A program made the translations under genes and the position numbers. From an uncultured Thermoplasmata archaeon (lineage in GTDB: Archaea > Thermoplasmatota > Thermoplasmata > Halarchaeoplasmatales > Halarchaeoplasmataceae): a stretch of DNA of 64,000 bases. Shown here in pieces: positions 36,386 to 45,628 of this stretch (the stretch's first letter is position 1; every line of letters starts with the position of its first letter). The stretch spans positions 24,361 to 88,360 of the forward strand of contig CAYNQI010000001.1 in the NCBI GenBank assembly GCA_964399335.1, given 5' to 3'. The notes under the pieces are model-generated. The model saw only the letters and a program-made list of their open reading frames with translations, had not been told where the DNA came from and made no database searches.

Positions 36386-38236
36386 TCAAGTTCGATCGAT
36401 ACTACCATCCAATACTTTCATTTCCCGTTCAAGGATGCTGATCTCTCTATCTTTCAAAGCAGATGGGCTAACAGTTATCAAAAATACAGTGTCCGTTTCA
36501 GAAACCATATCGATCATATGCCTTAAAAACTGCATAGTAGCATCAAATCCAGTATGGCTGACCAAGTATTCAATCCCGTCGAGCAAGATGACCTTTCCTT
36601 CTTCGATAATCTCTTCAAATCTATATGTTATGCTTTCCAGGTTTGGACGAACTGTCTTTATGTTTTCACTCTCTCTATTAGATAGCCAAAATATTTCTGC
36701 ATCATCTAAATAATATTCCTTTGCGATCATATTTGGATTTATTCTTGAAATAATGTATACTTTACCCCCTTCCTGAAGTATATTTTCTAATATACTGAAT
36801 CCTTTATCTGGACGTTCTTCCTCGATGATATAGCTGACACCGGGTTGTAGCTCTTGGGAATTAAAATTGGAAGATGAAGCCATTTCTTCCTCAAAATGGT
36901 GCCTAAGACTATCTTTTACAGCATCTAAGGTGATCTCTTGATTTAACAAACTTGAAAAAGCCAGTATTCGGTTGATAGCGCCTTCAATCTCCCTTACATT
37001 CTTTGTGATGTGGGTCGCTAAAAATTCTTTTATCTCGTCAGATACATCCAATCCCTGCTGTTTAAGCTTTTCTTCGATAATTTTCAGCCTTGTTTCATAA
37101 GAGGGGGGTTCTATCCTAATAACCAGTCCCGATTTAAAACGAGATACCAATCTTTCCTTTAGATCAGGTATATCTTCGGGAGGCCTATCTGAAGTAAGTA
37201 TGATTTGACAGTCCTCATTATTAAGATGATTGAAAAGATAGAAAATTATCTCCTGGTGTTTTTCTCTATCGGCTAGAAATTGTATATCGTCTAAAAGAAG
37301 TATATCCGCACCATAATATTTACCTCTTAATTCTTCAGATTTTTCGTCTCTTAAACTCGTTATAATCTCTGAAGTACAATTTTCGGTGGTAGAATAAACG
37401 ATGTTTAATTCGGGACGATTTTCTTTTACATAATGTCCAATTGCCTTAAGGAGGTGAGTCTTTCCCAAACCAGACTCACTCGTTAGAACTAGCGGACTGA
37501 ATTTTCTTCCACCTGATCGAACGATTTCCTTTGATGCAGCAAATGCCAATTTATTATTCTCCCCAACCACATAGTTTTCAAAGGTATACTTTCTAGGAAA
37601 ATCAGATCCATTTACCTTCTTACCTGTCCTATCTTTGATGATCATATCGTAAACTTCTAATTCCTTATCATCCCTATGCTTCTTATGGATATCTTCGGTG
37701 ATCTGCTTAGATTCTTCTGATATATTTACATTTTCACTTTCTTCAGAAATTTCCTCCTGGATACTTTTGGTTTCTGTATCTATTTGATCGAACAGTTCCT
37801 GCTTCTCTTCAGATTTTTCCTTTTGCTCTTTCTCAATACCTTCATCCTCAATTTCAAGTATCTCTTCGATACTTTCTTTTTTATCAGGTTTAGATGGTAA
37901 ATCGTCCTCCTTTACCCTTCCCCCGACTTTTTTGATCAAATCATCTATATTGACATTGGTATGTACTTCTAAATATATCTCATCCATATCATCTATACCC
38001 ATGATCTTTAAAAATGCCTCATTTCCTTTGATCTCCATATTAGAAGGAGTGTAAAGGAGTGCATTCATTGGAGATCCATCCTTAAGTGTGATATAGCCTT
38101 CAAGCTCATCATTTAGGGTTATCCTGATATAACCCTGAAAAGAATATTTTTTTAGTTTTTCGAGGGTTTTTGAAAGTTCCCCAGGGCCCTTTTTATCTTG
38201 TATTTTCAGTCCTTCGGGAAATTTTTTCCTTGGCAA
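36386..38236 (-). CDS. DUF2226/PATAN-like + DnaA-type AAA+ ATPase (domain III only) + DUF835 fusion protein
   Basis: YTFENYVVGENNKLAFAA, SESGLGKTHLL, LLLDDIQF, ILTSDRPP, ERLVSRFKSGL, NVREIEGAINRI; C-terminal VILLDGIEYL...LEREM (DUF835); no DnaA domain IV. Confidence 0.85.
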   Translation of the reverse strand: MPRKKFPEGLKIQDKKGPGELSKTLEKLKKYSFQGYIRITLNDELEGYITLKDGSPMNALLYTPSNMEIKGNEAFLKIMGIDDMDEIYLEVHTNVNIDDLIKKVGGRVKEDDLPSKPDKKESIEEILEIEDEGIEKEQKEKSEEKQELFDQIDTETKSIQEEISEESENVNISEESKQITEDIHKKHRDDKELEVYDMIIKDRTGKKVNGSDFPRKYTFENYVVGENNKLAFAASKEIVRSGGRKFSPLVLTSESGLGKTHLLKAIGHYVKENRPELNIVYSTTENCTSEIITSLRDEKSEELRGKYYGADILLLDDIQFLADREKHQEIIFYLFNHLNNEDCQIILTSDRPPEDIPDLKERLVSRFKSGLVIRIEPPSYETRLKIIEEKLKQQGLDVSDEIKEFLATHITKNVREIEGAINRILAFSSLLNQEITLDAVKDSLRHHFEEEMASSSNFNSQELQPGVSYIIEEERPDKGFSILENILQEGGKVYIISRINPNMIAKEYYLDDAEIFWLSNRESENIKTVRPNLESITYRFEEIIEEGKVILLDGIEYLVSHTGFDATMQFLRHMIDMVSETDTVFLITVSPSALKDREISILEREMKVLDGSIDRT

Positions 38237-38349
38237 TGTAAATGGTTAATCGTAACTCGATATTAAATTGTTTCCTGTTTAATCTAAAAACTATTTGTGT
38301 CTAAATAGCAGTTGTCACAATAATTTATGACATATGATTAAATTATTAA

Positions 38350-39324
38350 TTACAATCCGAGATATAAGTATACTAGATATAGAAAATAAGCTATAGTCAT
38401 GATCAACCCTTCTACTCTCCCGATTTTTTTACCTGTATAGATGAATAGTGTCAGAACTAGGCTAACAGATATCATTATCATCATATTAGGGATTATCTCC
38501 GAAGTGAAAGTTATGGGTGCAAAAATTGCACATACCCCAAGGACCATTAGGATATTGAAAGTGTTGGAACCGATCACATTACCGATAGATATATCAGATT
38601 CCTCTTTATGAGCTGCCATTGAAGAGGCGGCTAACTCCGGAAGGGATGTAGCTATAGCTATGATCGTAAGACCTACTAAACCCTCAGAAAGTTGAAATTC
38701 ATGAATATAAAAAACCGCTGATCGGATCATTAGTTCTGCACCAAGTGCTATGCCTATCAACCCGATTATCAGTTTTAGTAAATTGATTTTTAGTTGCTTA
38801 GACTTTACTTGTTCGTATTTTTCAGTTACAAATTTTTTCTCAACTACCTTTTCTTCACCCTCGAAAATAGCTATCCATACAAAAAATACCATATATGCTG
38901 CTAAACCAATGAGAAGTATTATCCCTCGAAATCTATCGATAGACATCCCAATCGAAACAATAAGCAGTAAAGACATCGCACCGAACATTATCGGGATCTC
39001 TCTTTTTATCACCCCACTATCCACCTCGATGGGGTTTACCAAAGAACTGATACCTAGTACTAAAAGCACGTTAGCGATGTTAGACCCGATAACGTTACCG
39101 ATGGGTATGCCGGTCCGTCCTTTGAATACTGCATTCAAGCTTGATGCGAGTTCTGGTAGTGACGTACCAAACGAAACTAGAGTCAATCCTATGACGATAG
39201 TAGGAACTCCTAGATAAGCTGCAGTTTTACCTCCTCCATCTACGAGATAATCAGCACCTTTGATAAGTATGACAACTCCAACGGCTAAAATAGCCGTCCA
39301 CCCTATAAGTTCCACTGCCATCAC
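38350..39324 (-). CDS. Ca2+/Na+ antiporter (YrbG/CaCA family)
   Basis: Two alpha repeats: GTSLPEL..GNVIGSNIAN and ATSLPEL..GNVIGSNTFN. Confidence 0.95.
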   Translation of the reverse strand: MMAVELIGWTAILAVGVVILIKGADYLVDGGGKTAAYLGVPTIVIGLTLVSFGTSLPELASSLNAVFKGRTGIPIGNVIGSNIANVLLVLGISSLVNPIEVDSGVIKREIPIMFGAMSLLLIVSIGMSIDRFRGIILLIGLAAYMVFFVWIAIFEGEEKVVEKKFVTEKYEQVKSKQLKINLLKLIIGLIGIALGAELMIRSAVFYIHEFQLSEGLVGLTIIAIATSLPELAASSMAAHKEESDISIGNVIGSNTFNILMVLGVCAIFAPITFTSEIIPNMMIMISVSLVLTLFIYTGKKIGRVEGLIMTIAYFLYLVYLYLGL

Positions 39325-39409
39325 ATAGATATATATATACCTTTATAAATAATTGACCTACGAGATTATTAAAAAATTATTAGTAAGTGGATAGTTTATT
39401 CGTTGTTTA

Positions 39410-40594
39410 ATGCCTCAGATGGATATCAAAAAAGTAGACGATAACCTTACTTTACTCGGCATCGATTATATCGGTGATGAGGGTGTTGAAGAACAAATAT
39501 TTGATTTCATCGAAGAAAAAGAGCCAGATAAAATTGGCATAACCATTTGTGAAACTAGATTTGAAACTTTAAAGGGTGATGAAAGTTGGAAAGAAAAACC
39601 GTTATTACCCACATATAAGAAAGGTAAGATTGGCCCCTTGATATATCAGACGTTCGTCGATTCGATCAATGAAAACCTAAGAAGATTCAAGAATATTGAA
39701 GCGGAGGGGCATATAGCTAGGTTGGTTCCCTTCGTCGATAAATTAAACACTGATATAGAATTCGTTGATAGGGATATTGCACTTACCCTAGGAACCGCTT
39801 ATCAAAATATGTCTATTTTAGAAAAATTAAAGATGATAAAATATCTAAAATCTACCATGCTAAGTTTTTCTGGTAAAAAAAAGAGTGACTCAGTTGATAA
39901 TATTAAACATCATGATGATATCGTTGAAGGGGTTTTAGACAAGTTAGAAATGTTCGCACCTTCGGTAGTTAGAAAGGCAAGAAGAGAAAGAGTTGAGTAT
40001 ATAGCAAAAAAATTGTACGGGTTCAGTAATAAAGGTACCGTTGTTGCTGTAATACCTAAAAGTAAGATATATGACATTTTTAAGGAAATTAATCGGTTAA
40101 AGATGGAAGAAAGATTCAAAGGTGAGAATTCAAGTGTAACACACTTAGAAAAGATAGGTAAGAAGGTTTACTCTAAAGTGATACGTTACGCTTCATCGAT
40201 TTTCTTCATAGCCCTTGCGATATATCTATTCGTTTTTTCTGATGTTTTGAACATATGGAGAGCTTGGCTTTATTGGTTCTTGGCAGTGGGTGGGATGTCT
40301 GCATTGGGTTCCGCACTAGCTAAAGGCCATCCCTTTTCAATAATCATATCATTTCTACTAGCTCCATTTATGTCTTTGACACTACATGGACCTGGATGGA
40401 TCTCGGGTTATGTGGAATTGAAAGTAAGACAGCCGACGATGGCCGATGTTAAAAGACTTACCAACAGTAAAAACGCCTCAGAATTTCTATCTAACAACGT
40501 TATTAAGGTGTTTCTAGTGGGAACTTTTTCCAACATATTCACATGGATAGGCCTATTCGTCGTACTTCCTCTATTGATAAGGTTCGTAGGGTAG
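39410..40594 (+). CDS. TraB/PrgY (TIKI/GumN superfamily) protein with C-terminal TM region
   Basis: DRDIALTL.TAY..MS..EKLK, LAKGHPFSII, GWISGYVELK. Confidence 0.7.
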   Translation: MPQMDIKKVDDNLTLLGIDYIGDEGVEEQIFDFIEEKEPDKIGITICETRFETLKGDESWKEKPLLPTYKKGKIGPLIYQTFVDSINENLRRFKNIEAEGHIARLVPFVDKLNTDIEFVDRDIALTLGTAYQNMSILEKLKMIKYLKSTMLSFSGKKKSDSVDNIKHHDDIVEGVLDKLEMFAPSVVRKARRERVEYIAKKLYGFSNKGTVVAVIPKSKIYDIFKEINRLKMEERFKGENSSVTHLEKIGKKVYSKVIRYASSIFFIALAIYLFVFSDVLNIWRAWLYWFLAVGGMSALGSALAKGHPFSIIISFLLAPFMSLTLHGPGWISGYVELKVRQPTMADVKRLTNSKNASEFLSNNVIKVFLVGTFSNIFTWIGLFVVLPLLIRFVG

Positions 40595-40637
40595 TGAAAA
40601 ATAATATATCACACTCTATTCTTAATACCAGCATCAT

Positions 40638-41486
40638 ATGAAGAACAAAGAATATATCAAACGTATCTTCGAGGGGGCACTAATGGGAATGGCAAATATA
40701 ATCCCAGGTGTTTCCGGAGGTACCATGGCACTGATAACAGGTATATACGATAGATTGATACACTCTATCAACACCATCCCCATTGACGCACCTATGACAC
40801 TTATAAAGGGTGATTTTCATAAGTTAAAGAAAAAACTTCAAAAGGTAGATTATCACTTTTTAATCCCTCTGATCATAGGAATACTGATAGGTTCTTTACT
40901 TCTAGCTAGAGTTATAGAGTTCATCCTCTATTCACATCCTGCAGTTACTTACTCCTTCTTCTTTGGACTCATACTAGCTGGACTCGGTGTGATAAACAAA
41001 TATATAGAGAATTTAGACATAGAGAACGTTTTCTGTGGATTTATAGGTTTCCTATTTGCATTTCTTATTGTTGGACTTCCAACATTGCAAACGGATCCTA
41101 GTCTTCCACTAGTTTTTATAATCGGAATTTTCGTTATCATCTCTATGATCCTTCCTGGCATATCTGGTGCCTTCATACTCATCTTTTTAAAACAGTACGA
41201 TTATATGCTGCATGCACTAAATGATCTTGATATTCCTGTGATAGTTACTTTTCTAGCAGGTGGGACCGTTGGTCTATTTGGATTTTCAAGATTGCTAGAT
41301 TTTTTATTGGAAAAACATAAATCCCTGATGATGTCATTTTTGTTTGGGTTGATGGTAGGGGGGTTACGTGCTCCTGGAAGTGAAGTGATAGCAATAGATC
41401 CTCCTCTCTACGAGATCATAATACCCGCAATGATCGGTGCATTTTTGGTCATTTTATTAGAATATAAATATGTACGCTCTGATTAG
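40638..41486 (+). CDS. DUF368 family polyprenyl-phosphate translocase candidate
   Basis: MGMANIIPGVSGGTMALITGIY, SMILPGISGA, FLFGLMVG. Confidence 0.92.
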   Translation: MKNKEYIKRIFEGALMGMANIIPGVSGGTMALITGIYDRLIHSINTIPIDAPMTLIKGDFHKLKKKLQKVDYHFLIPLIIGILIGSLLLARVIEFILYSHPAVTYSFFFGLILAGLGVINKYIENLDIENVFCGFIGFLFAFLIVGLPTLQTDPSLPLVFIIGIFVIISMILPGISGAFILIFLKQYDYMLHALNDLDIPVIVTFLAGGTVGLFGFSRLLDFLLEKHKSLMMSFLFGLMVGGLRAPGSEVIAIDPPLYEIIIPAMIGAFLVILLEYKYVRSD

Positions 41487-42146
41487 TCAAATCTTTTTAA
41501 ACCCCCGGCGGACATATCCGAATATTGCTCGTCTGATATAGAAGAATGTTTGCACATAAGTTCTATCCTTCCCTCCAGCATCTACTTTACCTTTCTTTAT
41601 TTGAGTTACAACATCCTCCCACGTATCTATATCTTCAAATATCGTGTAAGCTTTGCCTACGGTTTTCAGTCTGTGTGCATCACTACCACCGATTATTGGA
41701 AGGTTCATCTTTTCTGCCGCTTTTCTAGCTTTCACATTTTTCGTATGCCAGCTTCTTCCATTTATACCTTCTATGGCGGTCCATTTATTGGAAAAAAGTT
41801 TATCCTCGCCCATGCCTGACCAGTATCTATAAGGGTGAGGGGCTACAGCTATACCGCCTTGATCTTCTATTTTGTCTATAGCCTCTGCGATAGTGGGATG
41901 TTTTCCGATCTCCTCCTGAATACCAATAGCTAGAACATGTCCCTCTCCTGTACTAACCTCGATCCCCGGGACTAAAATCAAAGGACTATCAATATCCTTA
42001 ACACTTCTATAACCCTGTAACGTATTGTGGTCCATTATTGCTAAGCCGTCGAGACCAACATCTTCTGCCTTTTTCAATATTTCACCAGGCCTACCATTGG
42101 AGTCTCCGGAGTAAGTGGAATGTACGTGCAGATCTATCTTCATCAA
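41487..42146 (-). CDS. PHP-domain metallo-phosphoesterase
   Basis: DLHVHSTYSGD, MDHN, GIEVST..GH, APHP, GGSDAH. Confidence 0.92.
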   Translation of the reverse strand: MMKIDLHVHSTYSGDSNGRPGEILKKAEDVGLDGLAIMDHNTLQGYRSVKDIDSPLILVPGIEVSTGEGHVLAIGIQEEIGKHPTIAEAIDKIEDQGGIAVAPHPYRYWSGMGEDKLFSNKWTAIEGINGRSWHTKNVKARKAAEKMNLPIIGGSDAHRLKTVGKAYTIFEDIDTWEDVVTQIKKGKVDAGGKDRTYVQTFFYIRRAIFGYVRRGFKKI

Positions 42147-42715
42147 TATCCCTCAATATAATCTAATAATTTTTCAGCTAGTTCACATTCTTGATTCTCA
42201 AGATTTTTATATATCTTTTCCTTTAATTTCTTTTTGTACTCTCCTTCTGCAAGAGGGACTCTTGTAGCGTATACCATCGAATCTACTAAAGGATTTTCCC
42301 TTTGTATGTAATCTCCCTCACCAAATTTTTTAACGACTGAACCTAGAACTTTTGAAACTAAAGCGGTACCTAATTCATCTTCGACCTCATAATTTTGACG
42401 ATCTGAAACTTCACAAAAATAAACTTTAGACGCGTCTATGGGGTAATAAAAACCATCTTGGCATTTCATGGAATCTTCTCCGAGTTCATTATACCCCGGT
42501 TCATCAATTCCTTCTAGGGATGCTTTATAAAACATATATGGATCGTTCACCAAGGAAAAAGTGAACTTATGGTTTTCACGTAAATTTCTAGCAGTGTCTG
42601 ATGGGTGATAAATGTTTATTTCGATTTGATTTTCCTCGATGTCAGCACCTACAGCTGATGTATTTACATGACTATTCCATGTAACCAATATTCCTTCAAA
42701 TATAGGCATATTCAA
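42143..42715 (-). CDS. DUF447-like protein (split-barrel, FMN-binding-like)
   Basis: EGILVT....NTSAVG, IYHPSDTARNL, YIQREN.LVDSMVYATR. Confidence 0.6.
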   Translation of the reverse strand: MNMPIFEGILVTWNSHVNTSAVGADIEENQIEINIYHPSDTARNLRENHKFTFSLVNDPYMFYKASLEGIDEPGYNELGEDSMKCQDGFYYPIDASKVYFCEVSDRQNYEVEDELGTALVSKVLGSVVKKFGEGDYIQRENPLVDSMVYATRVPLAEGEYKKKLKEKIYKNLENQECELAEKLLDYIEGY

Positions 42716-42718
42716 AAT

Positions 42719-43147
42719 TCACGCAACTTCCATACCCCTTTGCGGTTTCTTTTTCTTACCATTTTTTGGTACATTTACTTTTGGCATGGGTATAGGAGGA
42801 GGTAACTGCACCTCTCTAGCGATCAATACTGATTTAGGTATGCAATTTTGTATGATCGCAGAATGGACCTGATTAGCTATTTCATTGGGCATCTCGTTTT
42901 TATCCCTCCACTTTGAGGCCAGGTCCGAAGGTGCATCTTTGATCATCAATCTACCTTCCAACTCGATCCTTCCAATACTTTTGTAGTTAGCTGTGAATCG
43001 AAAATAAATATCGAATGAATCCTTTGTGATCTGCTTGATCTTTGTAACCGAGCTATTGTGATCTATCCTAACATTTTTCTTCCTGTTTTGACTACTAGTG
43101 AAGCGCTCTGCATCGATTGATTTGATCTCAAACTTGGCAATAGACAT
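42719..43147 (-). CDS. Conserved archaeal hypothetical protein (possible SecB-like fold)
   Basis: MSIAKFEIKSIDAERF...FRFTANY..IGRIELEG...VQLPPPIPMPKV; start taken at 43147 because the longer track ORF overlaps the roadblock gene. Confidence 0.7.
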   Translation of the reverse strand: MSIAKFEIKSIDAERFTSSQNRKKNVRIDHNSSVTKIKQITKDSFDIYFRFTANYKSIGRIELEGRLMIKDAPSDLASKWRDKNEMPNEIANQVHSAIIQNCIPKSVLIAREVQLPPPIPMPKVNVPKNGKKKKPQRGMEVA

Positions 43148-43289
43148 GATGTATAATATCCAATGGTGATTTAATAATCTTTCCATTAGGAATTTTTTAC
43201 TGGTTTTTGGTCCTATTTTTACTCGAATATGGGGAAAATCTTTATAATCTTCCAACCTGATTGTTAGGTGACTTATCAGTCTAAAAGTC

Positions 43290-43655
43290 GTGGTTATTAT
43301 GACACCGAATACAATAGAAAGTTTATTAGATAATATCAAGGAAAATCTCGATGTGGATGAAGTAACTTTAATATCTAGAAGTGGAATGCATATCGGGGGG
43401 GATGTTCCAGAGAATGCACATCTGGAAACTTTTGTAGCTATGTCTGCAATATTATTAGGGTCCGCTGAAACAGCTACCTCAGAATTAAAAGAAGAGCTTT
43501 CACACGTTATAGTAGAACTTAAAGAATCACGTGTCCTAGTCATGAATGATGGTCCTCAGGCTTTATTAGCAATCAAAATGCCTAAGAGTTCTGATATAGA
43601 AAAGGTTTTAAAGGGTTTAGAAGAGCCAATAGAAAAACTGAAAGACCTTTTATAG
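43290..43655 (+). CDS. Roadblock/LC7 (MglB-like) protein
   Basis: LISRSGMHI, FVAMSAILLGSAE, VIVELKESRVLVM..G..ALL. Confidence 0.9.
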   Translation: MVIMTPNTIESLLDNIKENLDVDEVTLISRSGMHIGGDVPENAHLETFVAMSAILLGSAETATSELKEELSHVIVELKESRVLVMNDGPQALLAIKMPKSSDIEKVLKGLEEPIEKLKDLL

Positions 43656-43665
43656 AGGGGATACG

Positions 43666-45150
43666 ATGACTAAAGCTTTTATCAATTGTAAGGTGATACC
43701 ATTAGCTGGACGTTCCGAAAAATTTCATGGATTTTCTGTTGAAGATGGAAAAATTTGTTATATAAAGGATTACGATAAGATAATGAATGAGAGTGATGAG
43801 AAAATCAATCTGAAAGGAAGTACTGTTCTTCCTGGTTTCATCGACTCTCATGTACATTTACTTGAGATGGCCCTAAAAAAAAATTGGATCGATCTTTCAG
43901 ATACTAACAGTTTTGAAGAAGCTAAGTATTATCTAGAAAAAAATATCCAAGGTAAAGACAAAGGTGAATGGATCATAGCAGTAGATTTTGACGATAGTAA
44001 ATGGAAAAAAGCAAGTTACCCCTCTAAAAAAGAACTAGACAAAATTAGCGAAGATCATCCTATAATATTGAAAAGGGTATGTGGGCATATAGCGGTCGTC
44101 AATTCTAGAGCTTTAGAAAAAATCGATGAGGATTGGAATAAAGTTAACAGAGAAAATGGTTTACTAAAAGAAGAGGCCGTATGGAACTTAGATGAAGTTA
44201 TCGATCTAGATATAGAAGAAAGAAAAGAGGCCATAAAAGAAGGTATTAAAATCGCCCATGAACTCGGTGTTACTGGAATCCATGAGATAGTTGACAGAGA
44301 CGGCTGGGAGGCCTACGCAGAGTTGGATGACGAGATTGATCTAGACCTTAGAATACGATGTTATCTTCATTATGATGAAGTCGATGAATTAGAACCAGTT
44401 AATAAGAGTGAATTTCTATCTCTTAGAGGGATCAAAATATTTGCTGATGGCTCTCTAGGAGGAAGAACTGCTGCTCTTAACGAGGAGTATAACGATGATC
44501 CAGATAATAAAGGTATGTTGATGCATCCTAAGGGAGAACTAGATGATATCATCTCCATGGCGGAAAGCAAAGGTTTCCAATGCATGATCCATGCCATCGG
44601 AGACCGTGCTATAGATACTGTATTAGATGCTTATGATGATAGCGCTGAAAGGATAAAGGAGCTTCGTCATAGGATCGAACATGCAGAGATGCTTTGGGAA
44701 GGGAACATTAAAAGAGTTAGAGATATGGGGTTATCACTTTCCGTCCAACCTAATTTTGCTTACAATTGGTCCCAGCCTGGAGGTATGAATGAAAAAAGAC
44801 TCGGGAGAGAGAGGTTGGAAAAGACAGATCCTCTTTGGAATATTCAGCGTGCTTTGGTAAAAATGGCCTTTGGTTCGGATAATATGCCAATGTCGCCTCT
44901 TTTTGGTGTTTACTCTGCAACAAACCATCCCTTGTTAGAACAGAGGATATCCACATATAATGCACTGCAAAGCTATATCACAAACAGTGCATATATCGGT
45001 AGAGATGAAAAGGAGATCGGGGAATTGAAAGAAGGTAAAAAGGCTGATTTTGTAGTGCTTTCAGAAGATCCTTTAGAAGCTGAAGATATAAATGATATAG
45101 AAGTTAAGATGACCGTAGTTAATGGTAAGATCGTTTTTGATAATTTATGA
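43666..45150 (+). CDS. Amidohydrolase family 3 (YtcJ-like)
   Basis: PGFIDSHVHL, KIFADGSLGGRTAAL, HAIGDRA, HRIEHA, FGSD. Confidence 0.92.
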   Translation: MTKAFINCKVIPLAGRSEKFHGFSVEDGKICYIKDYDKIMNESDEKINLKGSTVLPGFIDSHVHLLEMALKKNWIDLSDTNSFEEAKYYLEKNIQGKDKGEWIIAVDFDDSKWKKASYPSKKELDKISEDHPIILKRVCGHIAVVNSRALEKIDEDWNKVNRENGLLKEEAVWNLDEVIDLDIEERKEAIKEGIKIAHELGVTGIHEIVDRDGWEAYAELDDEIDLDLRIRCYLHYDEVDELEPVNKSEFLSLRGIKIFADGSLGGRTAALNEEYNDDPDNKGMLMHPKGELDDIISMAESKGFQCMIHAIGDRAIDTVLDAYDDSAERIKELRHRIEHAEMLWEGNIKRVRDMGLSLSVQPNFAYNWSQPGGMNEKRLGRERLEKTDPLWNIQRALVKMAFGSDNMPMSPLFGVYSATNHPLLEQRISTYNALQSYITNSAYIGRDEKEIGELKEGKKADFVVLSEDPLEAEDINDIEVKMTVVNGKIVFDNL

Positions 45151-45193
45151 AGCAGAAATCGATTATATTAAATAACCGAAGTTTGTTTTAGGG

Positions 45194-45586
45194 ATGGTTG
45201 ATAAAATGGCTGAGATAGATGAAGGATTAAAATACACCGATAATCATGAATGGATCAAAATCGATGGTGACGAGATTACCTACGGTATAACAGATTATGC
45301 ACAGGACGAACTGGGAGACATCGTATACGTGGAATTACCCATGGAAGGTGAAGAAGTAGAAAAAGGAGATGTGATCGGAGTCGTCGAATCTGTAAAAACT
45401 GTTTCTGATCTTTATGCCCCTGTTTCCGGAACGATATCGGCAGTTAACTCCATGCTCGAAGGTGAACCAGAACAGATAAATGAAGACCCTTTCGGAGAGG
45501 GGTGGATAATCAAGATAGAGATAGATGATGAATCCGAATTAGATGATCTAATCACTGCTGAAGAATACAAAAAAGAAACCGAATAA
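45194..45586 (+). CDS. gcvH: Glycine cleavage system H protein
   Basis: YTDNHEW, GITDYAQDELGDIVYV, VESVKTVSD (lipoyl Lys), DPFGEGW. Confidence 0.97.
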   Translation: MVDKMAEIDEGLKYTDNHEWIKIDGDEITYGITDYAQDELGDIVYVELPMEGEEVEKGDVIGVVESVKTVSDLYAPVSGTISAVNSMLEGEPEQINEDPFGEGWIIKIEIDDESELDDLITAEEYKKETE

Positions 45587-45600
45587 AAACTCTTTAAATA

Positions 45601-45624
45601 CTTTTTTATTAAAAAATAAAAAAG
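45601..45624. terminator. AT-rich inverted repeat between convergent gcvH and glyA (likely bidirectional terminator)
   Basis: CTTTTTTATT-AAAA-AATAAAAAAG. Confidence 0.55.
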
Positions 45625-45628
45625 GGGT

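Noticed and set aside
36386-38236. DnaA-like protein as the factor binding the ORB-like boxes or a bacterial-style oriC
   Set aside because: Domain IV is missing, ORBs are read by the Orc1 winged helix, and no DnaA-box cluster was seen in adjacent spacers
43148-43543. 5' extension of the 274-aa track ORF
   Set aside because: Antisense to the Roadblock gene; the credible protein starts at 43147
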